A stretch of 28,113 nt of DNA, taken from positions 1 to 28,113 of the forward strand of contig CAZBMI010000001.1 of NCBI GenBank assembly GCA_964492885.1, written 5' to 3'. This document shows positions 16,810-24,090 of the stretch, piece after piece. This DNA is from an uncultured Planctomycetia bacterium. Its GTDB lineage: Bacteria; Omnitrophota; Gorgyraeia; JABMRG01. The stretch's first letter is position 1; the number at the start of each line of letters is the position of its first letter. Made by a program: the position numbers and the translations under genes. The notes below the pieces were generated by a model. That model did not search any database. It saw nothing but the letters and a program-made list of their open reading frames with translations, and was not told where the DNA came from.

Positions 16810-17491
16810 AATAACTCCTTCCGGACTGAAAATAGCATACAATCGTAAAATTCATTACCTCGGCAGCGCCCAGATTCTCTCTCTGGACAGATGACAGCTT
16901 TATATCCTCAAAATCCTTGAAGAAAGATTCATTATTCTTTAAAGAATCTATAAATCTTCCTACTATGGCTGTGGCGTCTTCTGAGCCTGATGATACAGCA
17001 GTGCCCTGAAGCACCAATGTCTCCTTATCCTTTGGCTGAATAGGGGCCTGCTGCATATGGCCGCCTCTTACCGGAGCACGCGGCTGGTTATCGGGTTTTA
17101 CGTGTTCTACGCTTAAGGACAGCGAGTTAAGCCACATTCCGTCTATCAAGGAATTATTCAAATCATACAGTTTTTTAGCCCATACAAGACTGCCTGACCT
17201 TAGCGAATCAATAACAGCAACCTTGCCCGCTAAAATATCAAACTCTTTCTTAAGCGCCACGGCTATCTTATACTTCGGCATTATAGTGCTTAGTCTCGCG
17301 TTTACAGCCGCGAGCTTCTTCTGCTGCATAGCCGCAAGCAGGCTTAATACTACCTGGCTGAATATAATAACAACAATAATGCCGACTATAAGCGGGACAG
17401 GGGCAATTTTCGGAAATTTTATATTCAGCCCGGAACCCGGTTGTTTCCGGTTTTTGTGCAACTCTTTAGGTATAAGATTAAGTTCTATCAC
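16796..17491 (-). CDS. pilN: Type IV pilus assembly protein PilN
   Basis: MIELNLIP start, single TM, coiled coil, WAKKLYDLNNSL.DGMWLNSLS, and L.LQGTA; lies between pilM and pilO. Confidence 0.85.
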   Translation of the reverse strand: MIELNLIPKELHKNRKQPGSGLNIKFPKIAPVPLIVGIIVVIIFSQVVLSLLAAMQQKKLAAVNARLSTIMPKYKIAVALKKEFDILAGKVAVIDSLRSGSLVWAKKLYDLNNSLIDGMWLNSLSLSVEHVKPDNQPRAPVRGGHMQQAPIQPKDKETLVLQGTAVSSGSEDATAIVGRFIDSLKNNESFFKDFEDIKLSSVQRENLGAAEVMNFTIVCYFQSGRSYFEKL

Positions 17492-17495
17492 GATA

Positions 17496-18518
17496 TTAAG
17501 GTTTCCTTAAGGCTAAACCTGTTACAACAGCTAGTTGGGGCGCTGTTTCTCGCGCGACTTTTGAATCGATATCTGTTGACAACTCAATATTCGTCATGGG
17601 GTTCCATCTTTGGGTGTCCCTGCCTAAATTCTCTTTAAGCAGGTCTTCGGTCACCCTGGGTATTGCCATGCCGCCGCTTATATAGACCTTGGAGACATTA
17701 TTTCCGTGCTGATTTTCATAAAAATCAAATGATAAGACTGACTCATCCGCCAGGCGTGACAATACCTCTGCTACAGGCTCCTTAATGGATTCTTTCTCTT
17801 CTCCTGAAAGTTCTTCAAAGCGCGCCAGTTTCTCCTCGAGCATCTTCAGGGCCTCTGCGTCGGATATTGAAAGGTTATCAGCTATGAGCTTTACAACGCC
17901 TTTTCCGGCTATATCTATATCCCTGGATAAGTATGTCTTTCCGTCTTTTACTATATTAAGGCTGCTCTTATTATAACCTATATTAAGTAAACCGCATACA
18001 TCAGTATTGTCAATACCGGTATTTATAAAGCTGTTGGCAAGAGCAAATGAATCCACATCAAAGATTACAGGCTCAAAACCGGCCTCAGAGAGTATCTTCA
18101 TCTGGCTCTGTATCAGGTCTTTCTTCGCGGCTACCATGACAACACGCATCCTGTTGCCTTCAAGGTCTTCGGTCTTTACCGCATCGAGCTGTATATCTTT
18201 TATATCATAAGGCATGACCTTCTCTGCCTCAAACCTTATGGCATCAGAAAGCTCGTCCTTGCTCATTGAGGGCATATCTATGTAACGGGCTATAACAGTA
18301 GGGCCTGATATTGAAGCTATCACCTTTGTCCCTGAAACTCCTAATTCAGAATGCGCCTGGCTGATAGCTTTTATGATATTATCACCAACAGGCTTAATGG
18401 AATACTTAACAAGCACTGGCTTGTCTTTCGCGTTTGATATGGCCGCGGCTTTTACAGAATACCCGCCTATATCCAGCGCCGCGTAAATATCTTTTTGGTT
18501 CTTCTTCATAATCTGCAT
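17496..18518 (-). CDS. pilM: Type IV pilus assembly protein PilM (actin/FtsA-like)
   Basis: ALDIGGYSVK, IRFEAEKVMPY, FDVDSFALAN, LNIGYNKS, VYISGG, and LAVVTGLALR. Confidence 0.93.
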   Translation of the reverse strand: MQIMKKNQKDIYAALDIGGYSVKAAAISNAKDKPVLVKYSIKPVGDNIIKAISQAHSELGVSGTKVIASISGPTVIARYIDMPSMSKDELSDAIRFEAEKVMPYDIKDIQLDAVKTEDLEGNRMRVVMVAAKKDLIQSQMKILSEAGFEPVIFDVDSFALANSFINTGIDNTDVCGLLNIGYNKSSLNIVKDGKTYLSRDIDIAGKGVVKLIADNLSISDAEALKMLEEKLARFEELSGEEKESIKEPVAEVLSRLADESVLSFDFYENQHGNNVSKVYISGGMAIPRVTEDLLKENLGRDTQRWNPMTNIELSTDIDSKVARETAPQLAVVTGLALRKP

Positions 18519-18546
18519 AATAGACCTTTTAAAATATAGCTTCTTC

Positions 18547-19587
18547 TTAAAAAGCTTCTCTTCCGGTTTCCTGCCATGATGTCAGAACAACAGTGCCTGC
18601 TGATAAAAAATTCATATTCTCTATAGCATCCATAAATGTCTGGTCAAAGGTGAGGGTTATGTTGCCGCTGATGAATGCTCCGTCCTTATTGCCGCCTTCG
18701 TCATCGATAACTCCTCCTGCCCATAACCCGCCTGTGGCGTTGACTGTTCCCGATACCTTAAGGTCGTCTGTCGCGAGCAGGCATCCTTCCAGCGTAACCG
18801 TTCCTGATATCTGGCAGTCTCCTGATGTTATAACAAGAAAACCACCAATATTGACATTACCACCTATGTCAAGATCTCCCGCGCCTTCGACATATATCAC
18901 GTTCGGTATCCCGTTAGGCTCATCATACCAGAAGTCTGCGGGAAAGCTGCCGCTTCCCCAGTCATCAACATCTACCACATGGTCAAAAACGTCGCTGGCC
19001 TGCTGGGCCTGGGCCATGGTATAGAGTAGATTGTAATCGATATCTGTTGAGAAGTCTATGGGTTCTCCGGCAGTTATCGTACCTGTTATGTTTTCAGGAT
19101 GCGCGACATCAAGCATACCGTCTTCATTATAAAAGACGTCACCTGTTATGTTATAAGCATTACCTTTAAGCGTAAGATTACTAGCGCTGTAAAGGGCATT
19201 ATCAAAAAACTCATCATTGGCTATTATCTCAGCAGCCGCCTGTAAAGTGACTTCTGCTCTCGGGCTTGCTGTGCTCGAAGGTGAATACCCGGTACTGCTT
19301 ATTGTATATTCTGTCGGGGATAAGGGGGTGCTGGCAGCAACATATTGGGCTGTAACAGGAGGGCCTCCTAAATTACCTGTTGATAAGGGATTTGAAAGGT
19401 TTTGCAAAGCAACATCAAGGCCTGATTCCGCGGCATAAAACGCCCTTGTGGAGTTTATCCTGTTCTGGCTTATCTTCATAGCTTGAATAGCAGCGTAAAA
19501 GAATGTTCCTAAGAATATTACAAGAAGCAGTAATAACAGATATACCAAAATGAGTGCTATGCCCTTATTTTTCTTATGCAATAACAT
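18547..19587 (-). CDS. PilX-like minor pilin with a large acidic C-terminal domain
   Basis: KNKG|IALILV cleavage site without Glu5, RAFYAAESG motif, and C-terminal SWQE. The C-terminal domain is rich in Gly/Asp/Asn beta-strand-like repeats. Confidence 0.8.
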   Translation of the reverse strand: MLLHKKNKGIALILVYLLLLLLVIFLGTFFYAAIQAMKISQNRINSTRAFYAAESGLDVALQNLSNPLSTGNLGGPPVTAQYVAASTPLSPTEYTISSTGYSPSSTASPRAEVTLQAAAEIIANDEFFDNALYSASNLTLKGNAYNITGDVFYNEDGMLDVAHPENITGTITAGEPIDFSTDIDYNLLYTMAQAQQASDVFDHVVDVDDWGSGSFPADFWYDEPNGIPNVIYVEGAGDLDIGGNVNIGGFLVITSGDCQISGTVTLEGCLLATDDLKVSGTVNATGGLWAGGVIDDEGGNKDGAFISGNITLTFDQTFMDAIENMNFLSAGTVVLTSWQETGREAF

Positions 19588-20286
19588 CTAATTCCTTAAT
19601 GTCGCCGCGCTGTTTAATGTAAGCGATACATTGCGCTGTACAGCGCCTGATACAGCCCCTACAGGCTTGGTAAGCGTAAAAGCCATGGAAACTGTGCTTC
19701 CTGTAATAGTATAATTAACCGTTGATATTGAATTGGCCATGACCCTTTGGGCACCGCTTGTCCTGTTAAAAGACATAAGCATCGAGCCGTCCTGCTTAAA
19801 AAGGCTTATGTTTGACGCTGTCAAGTTAACTGTTAACGGAAAATCCGCAGCCATCAAAGACGGGTCTGTGCAGGTATATTTGCGGATTTGGTTTATACCT
19901 TCTGTCGTCTGAAACGGGTAATATGCGCACGCGCCCTGCCAGTTTGTATTTCCGTTTATATCAAAGCCGTTGGTTACCGGAAATGCGATAAGGTCATAGC
20001 TGTCACCTGTGGCAGGGTCCGCTATTTGCGAAATATAGGTAATCATTGCGGAATCCGCCTGGCGTAAATCATCTGCAAGCTCATCAGCCGCGAATGACGC
20101 GCTGTTGCTTAAATCGGTTATGGCACTTAGCGTATAATAAGAATTAATAGAACTTATAAGCAGGGTAAATATAGCGGCGCTTATAAGACTTAAAAGCCCT
20201 ACAACAATCATGACCTCTATTAATGTAAAACCGCTCTTTTCTCTGCGTAAATGTAACGACCTGGATATATCATACAATCTTCTCAT
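19588..20286 (-). CDS. PilW-like minor pilin
   Basis: EKSG|FTLIEVMIV class III signal and L.DDLRQAD helix motif; positioned between the PilV-like and PilX-like genes. Confidence 0.75.
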   Translation of the reverse strand: MRRLYDISRSLHLRREKSGFTLIEVMIVVGLLSLISAAIFTLLISSINSYYTLSAITDLSNSASFAADELADDLRQADSAMITYISQIADPATGDSYDLIAFPVTNGFDINGNTNWQGACAYYPFQTTEGINQIRKYTCTDPSLMAADFPLTVNLTASNISLFKQDGSMLMSFNRTSGAQRVMANSISTVNYTITGSTVSMAFTLTKPVGAVSGAVQRNVSLTLNSAATLRN

Positions 20287-20657
20287 CTCTGCTCCACAAG
20301 CATGTCAACAGATACTGACTTCTGCCTGTTGGATTCTTCCTGCCATGTTATATTTACGGTTACTGGTATTGGAATCTGTGTAGTATCCGCGGCTATGCTG
20401 ACCTGTTCGGTATTATTTATATTACCAAGCGCGTAAGTCCTGGATGCTATCGTGCCGGTAACATCCACTTCACGCCTTAACTGTTCACACACAGCTCTTA
20501 TATCATTTGAGGCGATATTCGTATCTTTGGCAGTCTGCATGATAGACATGCACCTGTTTAAGGTATATAAGGAAGAAGCGATAAGAGTCGCTGATATGCC
20601 TATCGCGATAACAACCTCCAAAAGCGTAAAACCTCTTAAACTGGCATTGAATTTCAT
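20283..20657 (-). CDS. PilV-like minor pilin
   Basis: LRG|FTLLEVVIAI, a short 124-aa body, and the C-terminal VTVNITWQE pattern. Confidence 0.75.
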   Translation of the reverse strand: MKFNASLRGFTLLEVVIAIGISATLIASSLYTLNRCMSIMQTAKDTNIASNDIRAVCEQLRREVDVTGTIASRTYALGNINNTEQVSIAADTTQIPIPVTVNITWQEESNRQKSVSVDMLVEQR

Positions 20658-21115
20658 CAGTTTATCGCTGTGTCAGCCGGGCCTGCCTGTCCGCCTTCCC
20701 TGGCAGTTATCCTGCCTGTTTCGTCAGTATAAAAAGACCTGTTGCCTGTACGCGTACGGACCTGCGGGTCCGCGTTTAGAACAAATGACACAGGGGTGAC
20801 TCTTTGGTATGTATATACATAACCTGATTTAGTGCCTGAGGCTAAACTGAAATCTATGTAAGCAGGGCCTGCGGGGCCTGCCGTTCCTAATGCTGCTAAG
20901 TTGTCAGGATACTGATGGGGGACACTTCCCGCGTAATAGCTTTGGCAGGCAGATACTATGGTTTTGCATGAGGCTATCGCGACAGTCTCGTTAGCGCTAA
21001 TCCTGTTACGCAGCATCATGGATATGGACAATCCGGCTAAAAGCGCTATGATAGCCACAACAACCATTATTTCCACTAATGTAAAAGATTTTTTATGCCT
21101 AAAGATGCTATACAT
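20657..21115 (-). CDS. Type IV pilin paralogue 3 (first gene of the minor pilin/pilMNOPQ run)
   Basis: HKKS|FTLVEIMVVVAII. It shares ANE..AI.S..TI, SGTKSGY and TG.RSFYTDETG with the two adjacent pilins. Confidence 0.88.
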   Translation of the reverse strand: MYSIFRHKKSFTLVEIMVVVAIIALLAGLSISMMLRNRISANETVAIASCKTIVSACQSYYAGSVPHQYPDNLAALGTAGPAGPAYIDFSLASGTKSGYVYTYQRVTPVSFVLNADPQVRTRTGNRSFYTDETGRITAREGGQAGPADTAIN

Positions 21116-21153
21116 TAATCCTATGCCTTATACATATAATAATATATAATATA

Positions 21154-21182
21154 AGTTTAATTTATAAACAGATAAAAGTCAA
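21154..21182 (-). promoter_or_regulatory. Candidate sigma70 promoter for the minor pilin-pilMNOPQ operon
   Basis: TTGACT-17 nt-TAAACT in an AT-rich gap, 38 nt upstream of the ATG at 21115. Confidence 0.6.
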
Positions 21183-21194
21183 TAATAATATATC

Positions 21195-21204
21195 GTCATT
21201 GCGA
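21195..21204. repeat. Isolated REP arm remnant GTCATTGCGA
   Basis: Exact 10-nt match to the REP arm with no partner arm nearby; it may be chance. Confidence 0.35.
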
Positions 21205-21247
21205 ATAACAAAAGAATAGGTAATATAATAATATTCTTTTGATGAGA

Positions 21248-21676
21248 TTATGTTATGGGCAGATTATTAGTAAGGTCCATAACCACGCCTGTTTCGTCAA
21301 CACTAAAAACTCTCGTTCCTGTAGTACCGGGTCTCACAGGAGCAGCTGTACAGGTAAAGGTGTCCGCGCTCAGGTTTGATATGACAAAGGTATATCCCTG
21401 TTTTGTGCCTGAAGCCAGATTGGAGTCTATAAAAGGCGGGTTTGATACAGGCATGGACATCTGTGCCAGGGTTCCGTAGGTATTGGGAGTCTGCGATGTC
21501 CTGAATGACTCCTCTGCCGTGCTTATCGTTCTTAAGGAGGCTATGGCAGCTGCTTCATTGGCATTGTGTTTTGCCCTGAGCAGATTGGGTATTGCTACAG
21601 CTGCAAGCAATGCTATAATAGCAACTGTAATCATAACCTCAATAAGCGTAAAGCCCCTTTTTTCGCTCTTGATCAT
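21248..21676 (-). CDS. Type IV pilin paralogue 2
   Basis: EKRG|FTLIEVMITVAIIALLAAVAIPNL; closely similar to 21784-22215. SD AGGGAG upstream. Confidence 0.92.
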   Translation of the reverse strand: MIKSEKRGFTLIEVMITVAIIALLAAVAIPNLLRAKHNANEAAAIASLRTISTAEESFRTSQTPNTYGTLAQMSMPVSNPPFIDSNLASGTKQGYTFVISNLSADTFTCTAAPVRPGTTGTRVFSVDETGVVMDLTNNLPIT

Positions 21677-21719
21677 ATAGCGCTTTACTCCCTATTTTTA
21701 TTTAATAAACCGTAATATT

Positions 21720-21755
21720 AATGAAAAGGACCCTTAAACCAGGGCCCTTTTCATT
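21720..21755 (-). terminator. Intrinsic terminator after the probable major pilin
   Basis: Minus-strand hairpin AATGAAAAGGGCCCT-ggttta-AGGGTCCTTTTCATT with 15 pairs including one G-U and a U-rich 3' arm. Confidence 0.8.
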
Positions 21756-21783
21756 TTTTAGCTTTAAACAGCTTGTCGAAACG

Positions 21784-22215
21784 TTACTCTATAGGCCTGT
21801 TGTTTGTTACATCCCATACCACGCCTGTCTGGTCAACGGTAAATGTCCTTGTTCCTGTCTGGCCCGCGACCTGCGGACTAGCTGTTACCGTATAAGTGTT
21901 CGGGCTAAGGTTACTCATTACAAAATTGTAACCCTGCTTTGCTCCTCCTGCCAATATCTGGTCGATATATGCAGGTCCGCCGTTCGGCGGAGCAAGAAGA
22001 TTAGCAAGGGTACCGTATGTAACAGGATTCTGGTTTGCGCGGTATGACTCCTCTGCAGAGCTTATTGTCCTTAAACTGCCTATTGCAGCGGACTCATTGG
22101 CATTGTGCCTTGCCCTTAAGAGGTTAGGTATGGCTATAGCGGCCAATAATGCTATGATAGCGACAACAATCATCATTTCAACAAGAGTAAAGCCCTTATT
22201 TCCTTTTATCTTCAT
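21784..22215 (-). CDS. pilA: Type IV pilin, probable major pilin
   Basis: GNKG|FTLVEMMIVVAIIALLAAIAIPNL. Having its own promoter and terminator suggests a separately and highly expressed subunit. Confidence 0.88.
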   Translation of the reverse strand: MKIKGNKGFTLVEMMIVVAIIALLAAIAIPNLLRARHNANESAAIGSLRTISSAEESYRANQNPVTYGTLANLLAPPNGGPAYIDQILAGGAKQGYNFVMSNLSPNTYTVTASPQVAGQTGTRTFTVDQTGVVWDVTNNRPIE

Positions 22216-22256
22216 ATGTTTTCGCCCCCTTTCGCCCCTGGATGGGTCGTTTTTTT

Positions 22257-22300
22257 GCCTGCGTCATAGCAGGCTTAGCCTGCCTTTATCAGCAGGCAGG
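22257..22300. repeat. Four alternating GCCTGC/GCAGGC hexamers in the pilin leader
   Basis: GCCTGC 22257-22262, GCAGGC 22269-22274, GCCTGC 22278-22283, GCAGGC 22292-22297; includes CCTGCCT-N8-AGGCAGG. Confidence 0.7.
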
Positions 22301-22340
22301 TATTAGGTATAATGTATATATGATACCCTCCTCCGTTTAA

Positions 22341-22369
22341 AAGATAACACAATAGACAGCCGGTGTCAA
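22341..22369 (-). promoter_or_regulatory. Sigma70 promoter for the probable major pilin
   Basis: TTGACA-17 nt-TATCTT with an extended -10 (TGT-TATCTT). Confidence 0.7.
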
Positions 22370-22422
22370 TATAAAGAGCCCTTTTTAATGATATTTTTAT
22401 TATTATAACACATAAGCGGGCA

Positions 22423-23628
22423 TTAGCTTACAATTTCGGTTATCTTAAATATAGGCATAAATATCGCAAGAACAATACCCCCTACAACCACGCCAAGAAA
22501 CAGTATAATGATCGGCTCCATAAGGCTCGTAAGGCTTGCCACAGCCGCGTCAACCTGTTCATCATAAAAATCTGCTATTTTGCTCAACATCTTCTCAAGC
22601 TCGCCGGACTGTTCGCCCACGGATATCATCCTGACAACCATAGGAGGAAATACCGGTGCCTTGGATAAAGGCTCCGCGAGGTTCTTGCCTTCTCTTACGG
22701 CATCCTTTGCCTTATTAACGGCAATCTCGTCAATCCTGTTGCCGGAGGTCTTTGCGACAATATCAAGGCTTGTCAATATGGGCACTCCGCTCTTTACCAG
22801 GGTTGAAAATGTCCTTGAGAACTTGGCGACACTTACCTTTTTTATAATAACTCCAAAAACAGGTAATTTTATGGCAATGTTGTCAAACATAAATTTTCCT
22901 CTTTCAGTCTTTGCGTAACGTACCAGGATAACCGCAAACACCGTAAAACCGATAAGACCGTAAAAAAACCAGTTGCGTACAAAATTACTAACCATAAGAA
23001 GTATCTGGGTAGGAAGGGGGAGGTCACCTCCAAGCATATCGAATATTCCTTTAAAAGTAGGCACTACCTTTACAAGAAGAAATATTGTAATGGCTATTGC
23101 TATTGTGATTACGGCAATAGGGTATATCATGGCAGATTTTACTTTGCGCTGTAATGAGGCGGTCTTTTCCATATATACCGATACCCTGTTTAATATCTCG
23201 TCAAGCATTCCGCTTGATTCGCCTGCCTTTACCATATTTATGTATAATACGGAAAATATACGCGGGTGCTTTGAAAGGGCCTGGGAAAAACTGGAACCTG
23301 TCTCAACATCATCGCGCAGTTTCTTTATGACCTGCCCGAAACCCTTATTATCGGTCTGCTGGCTTAATACATCGAGCACGTTTACAAGCGGTATGCCTGC
23401 CTCTACCATCGTGGAAAGCTGCCTTGAAAATATAACCAGGTCATCGAGCTTGACCTTTTTAGCGACAGGGGCGCCCTTCTGCTGAGGGGCTGTATCTTCC
23501 CGCACAGATATAATGGTAAAATCCTGTTTTCTTAAAAGCTCTATAAGGTTCTCCCTGTTCTTGGCATCAGCGCTTCCGTTTACTGTCTTGCCTGCCGGGC
23601 TTTTTACGGTATACTGAAAATGCGGCAT
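22423..23628 (-). CDS. pilC: Type IV pilus inner-membrane platform protein (GspF/PilC family)
   Basis: FSRQLSTMVEAGIPL, NMVKAGESSGML, FSRTFSTLVKSGVPIL, VGEQSGELEKML, and EPIIILFLG. SD CAGGAG upstream. Confidence 0.96.
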   Translation of the reverse strand: MPHFQYTVKSPAGKTVNGSADAKNRENLIELLRKQDFTIISVREDTAPQQKGAPVAKKVKLDDLVIFSRQLSTMVEAGIPLVNVLDVLSQQTDNKGFGQVIKKLRDDVETGSSFSQALSKHPRIFSVLYINMVKAGESSGMLDEILNRVSVYMEKTASLQRKVKSAMIYPIAVITIAIAITIFLLVKVVPTFKGIFDMLGGDLPLPTQILLMVSNFVRNWFFYGLIGFTVFAVILVRYAKTERGKFMFDNIAIKLPVFGVIIKKVSVAKFSRTFSTLVKSGVPILTSLDIVAKTSGNRIDEIAVNKAKDAVREGKNLAEPLSKAPVFPPMVVRMISVGEQSGELEKMLSKIADFYDEQVDAAVASLTSLMEPIIILFLGVVVGGIVLAIFMPIFKITEIVS

Positions 23629-23663
23629 GTTCTGCTCCTGTGTTATTTGATATTATTCATGCA

Positions 23664-23705
23664 AAGCTGTAAGCTGTAAGCTGTAAGTTTTAAGCTTTAA
23701 GCTTT
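23664..23705 (+). repeat. Heptamer tandem array, left (6 units)
   Basis: AAGCTGT x3, AAGTTTT, AAGCTTT x2. It contains the last codons and stop of the four-helix-bundle gene. Confidence 0.92.
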
Positions 23706-24046
23706 TTTTGAAATCCTGACAACATACATCCAATTTCATCAGTTAATATTGATAACTGTTGGTAATGTTTCTTGTCTATATATTTTAAATCATAAGCCAA
23801 AAGTAAATGATATTTTGTCTCCTCTAAAGAGCTGTCAGCCACATTGAGAAAATGCGCAAAATCTTTATCGCTTCTTCTTTTATAACCTTCAACGATATTG
23901 GTAGCTATAGAAGAAGCGGACCTTCTTAATTGTGTTATTAAACCATATTTTTCGGTAGCAGGAAATATTTTAGTAAATTTGTATATTTCCAAAACCAATT
24001 CATGGGCTTTTTGCCAAGCTTTTATATTCTTGAATGTATATGACAT
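23690..24046 (-). CDS. Four-helix-bundle protein (23S rRNA IVS protein / Avd-like fold family)
   Basis: AWQKAHELVLEIYKFT..FP..EKYGLITQLRRSASSIATNIVEG...F.HFL..A..SL.ET. Hand count gives 108 G+C in 360 nt (30%) over 23701-24060. Confidence 0.92.
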   Translation of the reverse strand: MSYTFKNIKAWQKAHELVLEIYKFTKIFPATEKYGLITQLRRSASSIATNIVEGYKRRSDKDFAHFLNVADSSLEETKYHLLLAYDLKYIDKKHYQQLSILTDEIGCMLSGFQKKLKA

Positions 24047-24055
24047 TTGATTTTT

Positions 24056-24090
24056 GCTTATAGCTTACGGCTTACAGCTTAAAGCTTATT
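24056..24090 (-). repeat. Heptamer tandem array, right (5 units), inverted relative to the left array
   Basis: Plus strand GCTTATA GCTTACG GCTTACA GCTTAAA GCTTATT. It contains the pilB stop codon (24086-24088). Confidence 0.92.

Noticed and set aside
16810-16842. ORF-track ATG start for pilO at 16842
   Set aside because: It gives a 47-nt overlap with pilN and has no SD. TTG at 16809 has AAGGAG at good spacing.
21784-22215. Electrically conductive (aromatic-rich) pilin
   Set aside because: There are about 9 F/Y/W in 135 mature residues (about 7%) and the pilin is not truncated, so there is no enrichment.
22250-22274. Terminator at the GCCTGC-GTCATA-GCAGGC hairpin with a T/A run
   Set aside because: The run is on the wrong side for both strands: A-run after the stem on minus, T-run before the stem on plus.
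22216-22340. c-di-GMP-I riboswitch in the pilin leader (GACGCA seen)
   Set aside because: It lacks the GGCAAAC...GNRA...GACGCAAAG arrangement. An Rfam scan would be the decisive check.
23664-24090. Diversity-generating retroelement, suggested by the Avd-like fold
   Set aside because: There is no reverse transcriptase and no template/variable repeat pair differing at adenines in the window.
23664-24090. CRISPR array
   Set aside because: The units are contiguous 7-mers without spacers. The REP copies are dispersed rather than regularly spaced, and no cas genes are present.
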